DNA from: Alphaproteobacteria bacterium
GTDB lineage: Bacteria > Pseudomonadota > Alphaproteobacteria > Rs-D84 > CASDRH01
DNA length: 64,000 bases
Direction: 5' to 3'
Assembly (NCBI GenBank): GCA_025210155.1
Contig: JAOASE010000011.1
Coordinates: forward strand, 12,498-76,497
Part shown: piece after piece, positions 39,767 to 49,261 of the stretch
Position numbering within the stretch: the first letter of the stretch is position 1
How the letters are laid out: each line of letters begins with the position of its first letter
Position numbers and translations under genes: made by a program
Notes under the pieces: generated by a model
The model's input: only the letters and a program-made list of their open reading frames with translations
Told to the model about the DNA's origin: nothing
The model's database searches: none

Positions 39767-39819
39767 TAAAAAAAGAAGTATCTTTTTTAAAACACTTCCC
39801 TTTAAATTTATTTAATTAA

Positions 39820-40332
39820 TTATCTTTTATTCCAAGGCATAACTTTCAACAAACTTGCCATTCCACACCAACCGGTAAGTCCAGCAAAGAATAATCCAAA
39901 TCCAACAAACACAGATAATCCAATCCAAGCAGCATCATTATAAATAGACATAACCACACCTAAAACAACTAAAGAACCAGCTATCATTTGAACTTGCCTC
40001 ATAACTGGAAGTCCTGCAGAAACTCTCTTTTCAATTTCTCCACCAGCTTCAACCCAAGAATTAAAACCTTCTTCTAACTCAAAAATTTCTTTACCAAATT
40101 TCTTCTCAATTTTTTCCATAGCCTGAGCAGAACGTCCACCACCTTGGCAATGAAAAACTACTTTTTTATCTGATAATTTTTCCAACACTTTATCTTCAAA
40201 AGAATCCAACGGAATATTTATAGCGCCAGGAATAGCACCAACAAAAAATTCAGATGCATCTCTAACATCAATTATCACTACACCTTTTTTATTATAGATT
40301 TTTTTCAACTCAACGGCAGTTATCATCTTCAT
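39820..40332 (-). CDS. Rhodanese-domain protein with a C-terminal two-TM module (YgaP-like)
   Basis: A rhodanese active-site loop HCQGGGRS is followed by two hydrophobic helices, as in the DUF2892/YgaP arrangement. Confidence 0.7.
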   Translation of the reverse strand: MKMITAVELKKIYNKKGVVIIDVRDASEFFVGAIPGAINIPLDSFEDKVLEKLSDKKVVFHCQGGGRSAQAMEKIEKKFGKEIFELEEGFNSWVEAGGEIEKRVSAGLPVMRQVQMIAGSLVVLGVVMSIYNDAAWIGLSVFVGFGLFFAGLTGWCGMASLLKVMPWNKR

Positions 40333-40525
40333 AACAATTCCCCCTTTTTATAATTTTAACACAATATAATTTATCAAAATACAGTAACAAGTCAACCACA
40401 AGTCCATTCAAAATAAATTACAAAATTAAAATTCTAAACTTTTAAAGTTTATAAAATAATTATCTATTATTTCCTTGAATTAAATCTTTACATAATATAT
40501 TTTATAAAAAAATAGAGGATTTAAA

Positions 40526-41980
40526 ATGTTAGAAAAAATTAAAAATGACAAGTATCTAAAAAATGCTGTTATACTACTATCAGCATTAACAATAATAAGA
40601 CTTATAATCTCAGCATTTGTAGGATTAGACGGTGGACCGGCTTACTACGCAATGTGGTCGACAAGGCTAGAATTATCATATTTCGACCATCCTCTAATGA
40701 GTTCAACCTTAGTTAGATTATCCACTGAAATCTTCGGCTGGAATAGCTTCGCAATTAAATTCCCTGGAATTATGTGTTACCTAATAACATCTATATTCCT
40801 GTATAAAACAGTTAAAGAATTAAATGGATCATCTAAAGGTGCTTTCTATGCAACTGCAATCTTTAACTTCATTCCATGGATTGCAAGTTCATTTGGAATA
40901 AAAGCGCTTACTCCAGATATACCATTCCTAATGTTCTATCTAATGTCATTCTACTATTTTGTTAAACTACACAAAACATTAAATCCTAAATATTTCTACA
41001 TAATAGGTGTTATAGCTGCACTTGGTATTATGTCAAAATACAAAATGGTATTCGTATACCCAGCCTTATTATTAGCAATGATATTTGAGAAAAAATTACA
41101 CCCTCTATGGAAAAGAAAAGAATTATATATCAGTGCATTCATTGGTCTGTTAGGAACTATTCCTATTTTAATTTACAACTTCAACCATGATTTTGCTTCA
41201 TTCCAATATCACCTAGTACAAAGACAAGGTCACATAACTTTCGTACCAATGGACTTTATAGAATTTCTTGGAAACCAAATAGCTATTATGGGAATATTCG
41301 TTCCAATAATGTTATTCGCATACTTTTTCAAACAAAGAAAAACTGAAACTGGAAAATTAATATTTTATTTCATAGCTCCAGCAGTATTCATATTCTCATT
41401 CACAAATATATTCTTTGGTAAATCAATGCAAAACTGGTGGGCATCAGTTTACCTAATATTACTATGTCTTTACGGTACTAAAGAACAATTCGGAAAATTC
41501 GATAAGTTTGTATTAAGATTTACAGTGTTTGTAACAATAGTAGGTACTACTTTCTACCTACATCCATTTGGAGTAAAACTAAAACAATCTTCAAACTTCT
41601 TAGATCACCACTTATTCGATAACGCTGCAGAAGACTTATCAGATATAATAAAATCATATGAAGAACAAAACAAACCTGTATATATTGGAACTCCAAGATA
41701 CAGAACAACTGCTATGTTGAACGTTTATATGCCAGAACAAAAAATCTACTCTATGGATTATAGAAAAGGTGATCAATTCCAACTATGGTATCCATCACAA
41801 GAACTAATTGGTAAAAACGTAATTTACTTCAGAGGAGGATCTCAATTAAAACAAACTCCTGAGAAAATATTTAAATATGATAACGTAAAATTAATAAAGA
41901 AAACTACTCATGTTTATAACTCAAAATTCCAAAGAGATTTCTACTTTTACGAAATAGAAAACTACCAAGGTCTAAAATAA
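40526..41980 (+). CDS. ArnT/PMT-like (GT39/GT83-type) integral membrane glycosyltransferase
   Basis: It has more than 10 TM helices and an early periplasmic loop with YFDHPLM. It neighbours GtrA and a polyprenol-phosphate GT2. Confidence 0.65.
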   Translation: MLEKIKNDKYLKNAVILLSALTIIRLIISAFVGLDGGPAYYAMWSTRLELSYFDHPLMSSTLVRLSTEIFGWNSFAIKFPGIMCYLITSIFLYKTVKELNGSSKGAFYATAIFNFIPWIASSFGIKALTPDIPFLMFYLMSFYYFVKLHKTLNPKYFYIIGVIAALGIMSKYKMVFVYPALLLAMIFEKKLHPLWKRKELYISAFIGLLGTIPILIYNFNHDFASFQYHLVQRQGHITFVPMDFIEFLGNQIAIMGIFVPIMLFAYFFKQRKTETGKLIFYFIAPAVFIFSFTNIFFGKSMQNWWASVYLILLCLYGTKEQFGKFDKFVLRFTVFVTIVGTTFYLHPFGVKLKQSSNFLDHHLFDNAAEDLSDIIKSYEEQNKPVYIGTPRYRTTAMLNVYMPEQKIYSMDYRKGDQFQLWYPSQELIGKNVIYFRGGSQLKQTPEKIFKYDNVKLIKKTTHVYNSKFQRDFYFYEIENYQGLK

Positions 41981-41981
41981 A

Positions 41982-42446
41982 ATGAAAAGATTTTTAAAAT
42001 TCATGATTGTCGGTGGAACTGGCACAATAATAAACCTAATTATATTTATAATCTTCAATAATTATATAGGTCTACATTATATGCTAAGCTCCACTCTATC
42101 ATTTATAGTAGCAGCAACATCAAACTATATCTTCAACAAACTATGGGTATTCTCTGATCGTGGATACGAGCATTCAAAAAAACTTTACCTAAAATTCATG
42201 GCTATATCAACAGCCTCTCTAAGTATAAACTTACTAGCACTATTTATAGCAAACCACTATATAATACCTAGCCTAATACATATTAAAATTGTAGATTTTA
42301 TAATTTTATTTACAGCCGATATACTTAACGTAAAAACTATCTCTAAAATAGTAGAGTTATACGCTCAAGTATTCGGAATAGGAGTTGCTATGTTATTCAA
42401 CTTCTTCGGAAATAATTTAATAACGTTTAAGGAAAAATTAAGTTAG
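41982..42446 (+). CDS. GtrA-family membrane protein
   Basis: It starts FLKFMIVGGTGTIINL and has four TM helices. The start lies 1 nt after the upstream stop. Confidence 0.75.
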   Translation: MKRFLKFMIVGGTGTIINLIIFIIFNNYIGLHYMLSSTLSFIVAATSNYIFNKLWVFSDRGYEHSKKLYLKFMAISTASLSINLLALFIANHYIIPSLIHIKIVDFIILFTADILNVKTISKIVELYAQVFGIGVAMLFNFFGNNLITFKEKLS

Positions 42447-43180
42447 TTACCTAACATACTTCTAAATTTCTTTCTAGAAAAACCCATAACGAAAACTTTT
42501 AATAAAGCTTCTATAAAGATCTTCTTACTCATCTTAGATTGACCAACACGTCTATCTTCAAAAACAATAGGAGTTTCTTTTATCTTAAGCTTACCTAAAG
42601 CACAACGCCATTTCATTTCTATTTGAAAACAATATCCATTAGAAACAATAGATTTTAAATTAATCTTACCAAGAGCTTTTTTAGAATAACAGTTATATCC
42701 ACCTGTCAAATCTCTAACTCTAGTTAGCAATAAAGTTCTAGCATATATAGAACCTCCAAGAGAAATCATACGTCTAATCAAACCCCAATTTTTAACAGCA
42801 CCACCTTTTACATATCTACTGCCAATAACTAAGTCATTAGTTTTAATATCTTCTAACATAGTCTTAATATATTTAGGATCATGAGAAAAGTCAGCATCTT
42901 GAGAAATAAACACTTCATATCCTTTTTCTAATCCCCATTCGAAACCTTGAATATAAGCAGTACCTAAACCAAGCTTCCCTGCTCTATGCATAACATGAAG
43001 CCTACCATTATATTTATTAGATGCGATAAGTTCATCAACAACTTCACCAGTTCCATCTTTTGAATTATCATCAACGATTAAAATATCAATATCCAAACCT
43101 AAATCAAAATCAGCTTGAATAATTTCTCTAATATTTCCTAATTCATTATAAGTAGGTATTACAACTAAATTCTTTCCCAT
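42443..43180 (-). CDS. GT2 polyprenol-phosphate glycosyltransferase (Dpm1/ArnC-like)
   Basis: Motifs seen: VVIPTYNE, VDDNSKDGT, and the QDADFSHDP (DxD) motif. Confidence 0.8.
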   Translation of the reverse strand: MGKNLVVIPTYNELGNIREIIQADFDLGLDIDILIVDDNSKDGTGEVVDELIASNKYNGRLHVMHRAGKLGLGTAYIQGFEWGLEKGYEVFISQDADFSHDPKYIKTMLEDIKTNDLVIGSRYVKGGAVKNWGLIRRMISLGGSIYARTLLLTRVRDLTGGYNCYSKKALGKINLKSIVSNGYCFQIEMKWRCALGKLKIKETPIVFEDRRVGQSKMSKKIFIEALLKVFVMGFSRKKFRSMLGN

Positions 43181-43322
43181 GAACTTTCTCCAATAATAAT
43201 TTCTTTATACAGCTGATAGTAAAACCAACTCCAAACAATGTCAATCTATTTTTAATAGAAATTATTAATTAAAATCCCAAGAAAATAAAAAAAATCCCCG
43301 AAAAAATCCGAGAACATAAGAA

Positions 43323-43378
<56 letters not shown>

Positions 43379-43497
43379 TCCCATGGAAATAAAAAACTTA
43401 CAACAAACAAGAACAAACAATAATAATAAAATCAAAGACTTACAAAATTATTATTTATTCTCCATATTTACTATTTTTTCTCATTTATTAGCTCTAC

Positions 43498-43515
43498 TGT
43501 CCCACCAGTGTCCCA
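43498..43515 (+). promoter_or_regulatory. Arm-type repeat pair TGTCCCA-n4-TGTCCCA
   Basis: TGTCCCAccagTGTCCCA. The same dyad recurs at 55062..55079, and inverted at 54962..54979. Confidence 0.45.
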
Positions 43516-43527
43516 TTAAATTATATT

Positions 43528-43728
43528 TTATTTTTTAGAACCAATCTTTTCTTCATTGAATTTCTTTTCAATTTTCACTTCAATATCTCTCAAAACTCCA
43601 AATATAAGAAATAGTAGACCAACAATCATTGGTAAAAAATTATCAATAATTAATGAATTTGGCACAAATAAATTTAACATACCTATTCCCAAAAATATTA
43701 TTCCTAATATATAACTAATCATTTTCAT
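43528..43728 (-). CDS. Small two-TM membrane protein (66 aa)
   Basis: It has two hydrophobic helices and a charged tail. The start lies 4 nt after the stop of the HEPN gene. Confidence 0.5.
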   Translation of the reverse strand: MKMISYILGIIFLGIGMLNLFVPNSLIIDNFLPMIVGLLFLIFGVLRDIEVKIEKKFNEEKIGSKK

Positions 43729-43732
43729 CTCC

Positions 43733-44566
43733 TTATCTTATTATATTATCCCAATTATCTTTTATTAAGCTTGATAACTTATATAAATTTAATATTGATA
43801 AATAAGCCTCACTTTCAGATATTATTGTTTCTTCTCCATGAGCTGCATTATCTCTAAACTTTTTTATATAAAATGATAATGCCTCATACATATCTTGAAT
43901 ATTCTTATCAGTTCTTCCTAATGTACAGTCTCTTATTTCTTTTAATTTCCCAGTGTTGGAATATATTTCAATAGCACGATTTAACTTTTCAGTTTTAGTT
44001 TTTTTACTAGCTATTGCCAACAATATAGCTTCAGATGCGGAACCTGTCATTACACAACTTGCTGTATAAAAATTTTGTTCATAAGTATTTATAGCCTCTA
44101 AAGATCTTTGATAAAATGCATTACCAAATAATTCCTTAAATTCACCAAATATTTTAGAAAATTTTGAAGTAGTTATAAATAAAATATCATCTTTATTTTC
44201 AAACCACTTTTTACCCATAGATGTTAACGAATATCCATGATTTAATGTATTTGAATTAACACTCTGATAACTTGAAACTATAGATGTCTCATTAGGTCTT
44301 AAAATACCCTTATTTGTTAATAACCATAATGCGTCTAAAAATTGAGGATATAAAAATTTTAATTCCCTATATTGGGTAGCTGGTGATTGTGATAATGTAA
44401 TCCCATTATTATTACAGTACCATTTAACTAAATATGGCAACCATAAATCAAATCCACAATTCCTATTTGTAGATATATTTATTACACCACTTTGTATCAT
44501 CTCTATAATAAAATCAACACACTCATCTATAGATAATTTTTCTTTTACGTCATGCACATTTACCAT
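43733..44566 (-). CDS. HEPN-domain protein (277 aa), putative RNase
   Basis: The C-terminal helical domain carries an Rx4H motif, FRDNAAHGEE, of the DUF4145/AbiU2-like type. Confidence 0.5.
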   Translation of the reverse strand: MVNVHDVKEKLSIDECVDFIIEMIQSGVINISTNRNCGFDLWLPYLVKWYCNNNGITLSQSPATQYRELKFLYPQFLDALWLLTNKGILRPNETSIVSSYQSVNSNTLNHGYSLTSMGKKWFENKDDILFITTSKFSKIFGEFKELFGNAFYQRSLEAINTYEQNFYTASCVMTGSASEAILLAIASKKTKTEKLNRAIEIYSNTGKLKEIRDCTLGRTDKNIQDMYEALSFYIKKFRDNAAHGEETIISESEAYLSILNLYKLSSLIKDNWDNIIR

Positions 44567-44680
44567 AATCTAAACCCTTATTAGTTAATATAAAAAGACT
44601 ACTCTTGTATTCTTAAAAAAACAAGGAGATTATTTTCTTCTTTAGAATTTTTATTAAAAAATCATAACACTTGATAAATA

Positions 44681-45145
44681 CTAAAATTCATCTGGATCCA
44701 AATTGGTTAATAAATTAAATCTCGTTACTATACCAGATTTATACCTCAATTTATTAGAACTCAGTACAGCATATCTTACTTTATTAGAATTCAACATTCC
44801 CAAAATAAAATCACAAGCTTCTTTAGGAAGAAATAAGTTAATTCTAATACAATCCTTCATATCATCTATAAGACCTATAAAACTCCTCTCTTTATCTTCG
44901 TTTAAATCATACCTTGAATAAATCTTAAGTTCTATATCCTTAGCTTCTGAAATTTTCAATCTATCTGGTAATTCTCCAATCTTCCCTTTCAAAATTATTG
45001 AAAGTCTTTGGTAATAAGATATAAACTCCCAATCATTATTACGATAAATTCCTTGATTAGTTCCAAATCCATAATAAGCTTCCCAATCATCTACCTCGAA
45101 AAACCAACTAAACCATTCATCTTTTATTTTTCTCTCTTTAGGCAT
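44681..45145 (-). CDS. Hypothetical protein (154 aa)
   Basis: Long ORF. No motif was recognised. Confidence 0.45.
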   Translation of the reverse strand: MPKERKIKDEWFSWFFEVDDWEAYYGFGTNQGIYRNNDWEFISYYQRLSIILKGKIGELPDRLKISEAKDIELKIYSRYDLNEDKERSFIGLIDDMKDCIRINLFLPKEACDFILGMLNSNKVRYAVLSSNKLRYKSGIVTRFNLLTNLDPDEF

Positions 45146-45233
45146 ATCTACAACCCCTTAATATTAAAGAGAAACAAATCTCAAATACTAAAAAGAAGAA
45201 AGAGTTTTCCATAAGAAAAACTCAGATTCAAAT

Positions 45234-45482
45234 TTAATGACAAGTAATATACATTTCTTCTATAATATCATTACCCATAATATCTTGCATACCTCTAACA
45301 TCGTCAGTTCTATAACCTTTAGGACAAAGTATTTCAGCCTGTTGTTTGCAAGCATTTGCATTACTAGACATTTCACAATTTATCTTATACTGAGCTGGAG
45401 TACCACTGTTCAATTTCAAAACAGTAGGTGCACAAGCCGTCAAAGATAAAATTAAAGATATCATTAATATATTTTTATTCAT
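45234..45482 (-). CDS. Small lipoprotein (82 aa)
   Basis: The lipobox LSLTAC follows a signal sequence, and the mature part has four further Cys. An AAAGGAG RBS lies directly after the leader terminator. Confidence 0.65.
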   Translation of the reverse strand: MNKNILMISLILSLTACAPTVLKLNSGTPAQYKINCEMSSNANACKQQAEILCPKGYRTDDVRGMQDIMGNDIIEEMYITCH

Positions 45483-45501
45483 AATTAAACTCCTTTCTAT
45501 T

Positions 45502-45528
45502 AAAAAAGTCTACTAAGTAATAGTAGAC
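45502..45528 (-). terminator. Intrinsic terminator/attenuator at the 3' end of leader RNA copy B
   Basis: The minus strand reads GTCTACTAttactTAGTAGAC followed by TTTTTT, then AAAGGAG and an ATG. The 5' arm shares GTC with the upstream CTCCCAGTC helix strand. Confidence 0.6.
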
Positions 45529-45696
45529 TGGGAGTTCGTAACTGCGTAAAGACAGTGCCGGTATTTAGTGCAAGCACCTGGACATTCCCTAACCTCCCAG
45601 TCTGATAAAGACTAGAAAGGCAGGTTTTTGATTTCGGTCTGACCCTAAGGTTCTGCATTCAGACCGCTTTACGAGAGGCTACGAAACCCCAATCGA
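45502..45696 (-). ncRNA. Unclassified structured leader RNA, copy B
   Basis: It is a paralog of 5473..5672 with the same conserved blocks. Helix CGGTCTGA...TCAGACCG and the GGT/ACC pair (GGC/GCC in copy A) are present. A TATTAT -10 candidate lies at 45698-45703. Confidence 0.55.
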
Positions 45697-45712
45697 ATAA
45701 TACTACTCGACA

Positions 45713-45739
45713 TAAAAATAGTGTACCATCGGTACACTA
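45713..45739 (-). terminator. Terminator of the ABC-3C-like operon
   Basis: The minus strand reads TAGTGTACCgatGGTACACTA followed by TTTTTAT. Confidence 0.6.
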
Positions 45740-45765
45740 TTTAATCAAGCGTTTTATTTCTTTTA

Positions 45766-47550
45766 TTACCATTCAGGAAGATTGAACAATCTTCCACTAT
45801 CTCCACTTTCATCCAAAGTCTTTACAATATGAAAAATAGATGACAAATCTTCTATTTCATCCCCATTTAATTTTTTATTAGGAATATCTGAAGATATTGA
45901 TGATATTATTATTTGTATATTATATTCATTACAATACCTAATTATTAAATCTAATATTTTTTCCTTTTTTCTAGGTTCCAAAGTTTCAAACAAACCATCT
46001 AAATAAGTAAAATGTAAAAACTTATAATCTTTATAGTGTCTTAAAATGGATAAAACAAAAGCTATACATAAAATTTTTCCATAAGTATTACCATCATCTT
46101 CAGATGTATTTTTACCATCTTTTGTTATAAACTTTGCAGAAAAACTAGGATTACCCGTATCTGCAGGCTTCATAGAAATAATAGCATTCTTATCCAAAAC
46201 CTCAGAAACAATTTCTGAAAAAATCGTTCTAATTTTTGTATACTCTTCATTATTAGTATCTCTTTTTATATCTTCAATAAGAGAGTTTCTTACTGATATT
46301 AAACCATCTTTTTCCCTTTCCAAAATTCCAAGCTTTATAATATTTTCCTTTAATTCATTTAAGCTTATTAATTCCATTTTTTTATCAGATAAAAAGCCTT
46401 GTAATTTTTTATACTTATTTATAATATCCTTAGAATTTAAAATATTTATATATCTAGTTTTTTCATCATCTAATTCTTTTAACTTGTTTTCAACGACCCC
46501 CAACTCCTCTTCTGAATTTTTTAATTCGATCTTAAGCTGTTTATTTCTTTCCATCGTAATAGATTTATTAAAAGCTAATAATTCTTCATATGATTTTCTA
46601 ATCTGACTACTAAAACAAATACCACTCTCCATAAAAAGACTCTCAGCATTTTTTAATGAAAACTTTGTTTTTGAGCTAGAGATAGATTTTTTTAAATCAT
46701 AAATTTTATTTGTTATAACATATCTCTTTCTAGAAAATTCTAAAATATTTTTTTCTATATTTTCTATAAGATCTGTATTAACTTCTTTTTCCAAATTATA
46801 AAACTTAAGATTATCAAGTTCTTCTTCCTTTTTAGATATATCCTTTTCTAAATATAAAATTTTTCCCTGCACTACATCAATATCATCCTCATTTATTAAT
46901 GTTTTTAATCCCCTTATTTTACTATTAATATTTTCTATATTCTCATTTTCATCATAAATATTTAATAAAATATTATGGTTAAATCCTAACAAAGATAATA
47001 AATGAGGCTTCCATTCTTTATCTAAAATATTAGTATCCATTTTAAATGGGTTTTCAAAATTATTTTGAAGCCTTATAAGATAACCTAATGTTTTCCTATA
47101 AGAAAAATCATTTAATGATTGAACATTCAAAAAGCCTCTAATTATACTCTTAGCATTATCAATTGATATTTTATAATGATCAAACTCTCTTTCTTCCAAG
47201 TTTATAAAATATTGATGTTTAGTATCTGATCTTTTTATACTTATTTTAGACTGATTTTCTACTCCTCTTATTATTGTAACATACTCACCATCACCTACCT
47301 TCAATTCTAATGCAAATATAAGCTCCTCAAATACATCTTTATGCTCTATAAGAAAAATATTATTTTTATTAAGTTTTTTCAAAAAACAAAAATCTAAAAG
47401 TTTTGCAAAAGTTGTCTTTCCTAAATTATGGCTATCTCTTTCTTTATTTAAAAAATCTTTAATATTAGCTAAAACAAGATTTAACCCATCTTCAAAAAAA
47501 AGATCTTCAAAAACATCTGGTTTATTACAATATAATTTTGATAATCTCAT
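45766..47550 (-). CDS. ABC-type ATPase with coiled-coil insert (DUF2326/ABC-3C type)
   Basis: The N-terminus reads MRLSKLYCNKP..F..GLNLVLA....DSHNLGKTTF (Walker A). A long coiled-coil middle is followed by the Walker B-like FLHFTYLDGLFETL. Confidence 0.65.
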   Translation of the reverse strand: MRLSKLYCNKPDVFEDLFFEDGLNLVLANIKDFLNKERDSHNLGKTTFAKLLDFCFLKKLNKNNIFLIEHKDVFEELIFALELKVGDGEYVTIIRGVENQSKISIKRSDTKHQYFINLEEREFDHYKISIDNAKSIIRGFLNVQSLNDFSYRKTLGYLIRLQNNFENPFKMDTNILDKEWKPHLLSLLGFNHNILLNIYDENENIENINSKIRGLKTLINEDDIDVVQGKILYLEKDISKKEEELDNLKFYNLEKEVNTDLIENIEKNILEFSRKRYVITNKIYDLKKSISSSKTKFSLKNAESLFMESGICFSSQIRKSYEELLAFNKSITMERNKQLKIELKNSEEELGVVENKLKELDDEKTRYINILNSKDIINKYKKLQGFLSDKKMELISLNELKENIIKLGILEREKDGLISVRNSLIEDIKRDTNNEEYTKIRTIFSEIVSEVLDKNAIISMKPADTGNPSFSAKFITKDGKNTSEDDGNTYGKILCIAFVLSILRHYKDYKFLHFTYLDGLFETLEPRKKEKILDLIIRYCNEYNIQIIISSISSDIPNKKLNGDEIEDLSSIFHIVKTLDESGDSGRLFNLPEW

Positions 47551-47789
47551 TATTCCCCCACATACTCAATATTATCACCATTCACTCTATATTCAATTAG
47601 ACCTAATAAAAATAAAAAGCCCAAACTCTCTATAAAAAGAATCTCACCAACAGTTCCATATTCTTTTTTAATTTTTTCTTTTATTTCATCCAATTCTAAA
47701 ATCCTAACTTGTCTCAACTTCTTTAATATAAACAAGCTAATTGATAATAAATTTTTATCTGGATTCATATGTTTATTAGGTAAAAGCAT
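47550..47789 (-). CDS. Small wHTH-like middle component (79 aa) of the ABC-3C-like system
   Basis: Its stop overlaps the ATPase ATG (ATGA-type junction at 47550). Its size and position match the ABC-3C middle component. Confidence 0.5.
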   Translation of the reverse strand: MLLPNKHMNPDKNLLSISLFILKKLRQVRILELDEIKEKIKKEYGTVGEILFIESLGFLFLLGLIEYRVNGDNIEYVGE

Positions 47790-47794
47790 TTTCT

Positions 47795-48718
47795 TTATTT
47801 TTTCCCTATATCACAATGATAATACATATAATATACAAAAGTTTTTGTTAATAATTTATTACTACTAAAAACATTATCTCTTTCAAAGAAGTAATCTAAA
47901 ATAGCTTCAAAAACCAAATCAAAAGATTTAGAAGAGGATAACATAGCCACTTTAGTATCTATACCATCAATAACATCATTATATAATTTTTGTTCCTCAG
48001 GACCTTCTAAAAAATTTTTTATTTTATAAAAATTATGAAGATATTTCTCTTTTATTTTATCTGAATAATATTCAGATAAATTATTTATTTTATTTTTTTC
48101 ATCAAATTTAATTCTTTCCCCAATTACAGGTATCAATTTATCAGAACTAAATTCTTTTTTAAAACCTATTAAAAGATCTTTTAAATCAGAAAAATCTATC
48201 TTTAAATTATCAAACGGTCTAATAAATTCAATTTTATCTTGAATTTTAGGAAATTCAAAAAGCCAATCATCCATCTCTTCCGTTCCAAATAAATGAATAT
48301 TAGACTCACTAATACCAACTTTATTTGAAATATATTTTTTAATATCCATTTCAGATATACTAGATAAGCGCCTATTTGCAAATAAAAAGTAATGATCTAA
48401 TTTTTTAGCATCATATAATTTTTTAATACGAATTATTTCTTTATTTATAATTGATGAATTATTCTTAAAAAAGTCATTATCTGAAAAAGTAGAATTTTTA
48501 TTAATAGTATGCTTAGCCTGAATTACCATCTTTCCACTCATTGTACTCTTACTACTAGGATATAATTCAGAAACACCTTCAAAAAAAGCATCTCTACCAC
48601 CATCTTTTCCTTTTGAGAATTTTTTAACACCAGGACCTAAAAGGTTATAACATATGTTATATACAATATCTTCAAAAACACCATCATCATATTCAGAATA
48701 CAATATCTTCTGACTCAT
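47795..48718 (-). CDS. Mrr-like restriction-endonuclease-fold effector with a C-terminal helical domain (307 aa)
   Basis: GKDGGRDAFFEG followed by MVIQAKHT gives a D...QxK nuclease core. It is the first gene of the three-gene operon. Confidence 0.55.
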   Translation of the reverse strand: MSQKILYSEYDDGVFEDIVYNICYNLLGPGVKKFSKGKDGGRDAFFEGVSELYPSSKSTMSGKMVIQAKHTINKNSTFSDNDFFKNNSSIINKEIIRIKKLYDAKKLDHYFLFANRRLSSISEMDIKKYISNKVGISESNIHLFGTEEMDDWLFEFPKIQDKIEFIRPFDNLKIDFSDLKDLLIGFKKEFSSDKLIPVIGERIKFDEKNKINNLSEYYSDKIKEKYLHNFYKIKNFLEGPEEQKLYNDVIDGIDTKVAMLSSSKSFDLVFEAILDYFFERDNVFSSNKLLTKTFVYYMYYHCDIGKK

Positions 48719-48799
48719 AAGTCCCTCCTACACTAAAAACTAAACCTTCTATTTTTCATAAAAATAATATAACATATATAAACATCCTTTTAAAGAATT

Positions 48800-49261
48800 T
48801 TATGAACCTTTTTTTAACCTAAAATCTCCCAAAATGCTCGCATGTCCATCTCTTTCAACAAAAACCTTTTTAAATATCTCAATTTGATCCTCTATTCCAA
48901 AATATGTCTTATTCTCATAACATACTTCACCAATATACATTTCCCATTCTTCCCAACCAATTTTATGCTGATTATCAAACACTAATCTAGCTAAGTCTAA
49001 CTCTGCTTTCGAAGCCTTTATTAAATTATCCCACTTCAAAAATCCAACCATACAAGCTATAATATGTTGAGCCTTCATCAAAGTAAAATTCTCTTCATCT
49101 ATATCATAAGATAAAACAACTGTATCTATATCAAAATATTTTGGAGTGTATTCATACAAAACTCCACTAGCAACCTCATCAAAATAAGGTTTTTTGGTTT
49201 CAAAATCTTTGTAAAGTTTCTTAGCTTGAAGTTTGAAATATTGAATATTTGCATTTGTCAT
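48800..49261 (-). CDS. Hypothetical protein (153 aa)
   Basis: Long ORF. No motif was recognised. Confidence 0.45.
   Translation of the reverse strand: MTNANIQYFKLQAKKLYKDFETKKPYFDEVASGVLYEYTPKYFDIDTVVLSYDIDEENFTLMKAQHIIACMVGFLKWDNLIKASKAELDLARLVFDNQHKIGWEEWEMYIGEVCYENKTYFGIEDQIEIFKKVFVERDGHASILGDFRLKKGS

Noticed and set aside
45502-45696. Retron msr-msd ncRNA, suggested by terminal inverted complementarity resembling a1/a2 and an RT in the same island.
   Set aside because: The RT is AbiK/Abi-P2-like, not retron-type, and lies 7.5 kb away. Copy A has no RT nearby at all. Both copies instead have a terminator-RBS-ATG immediately 3'.
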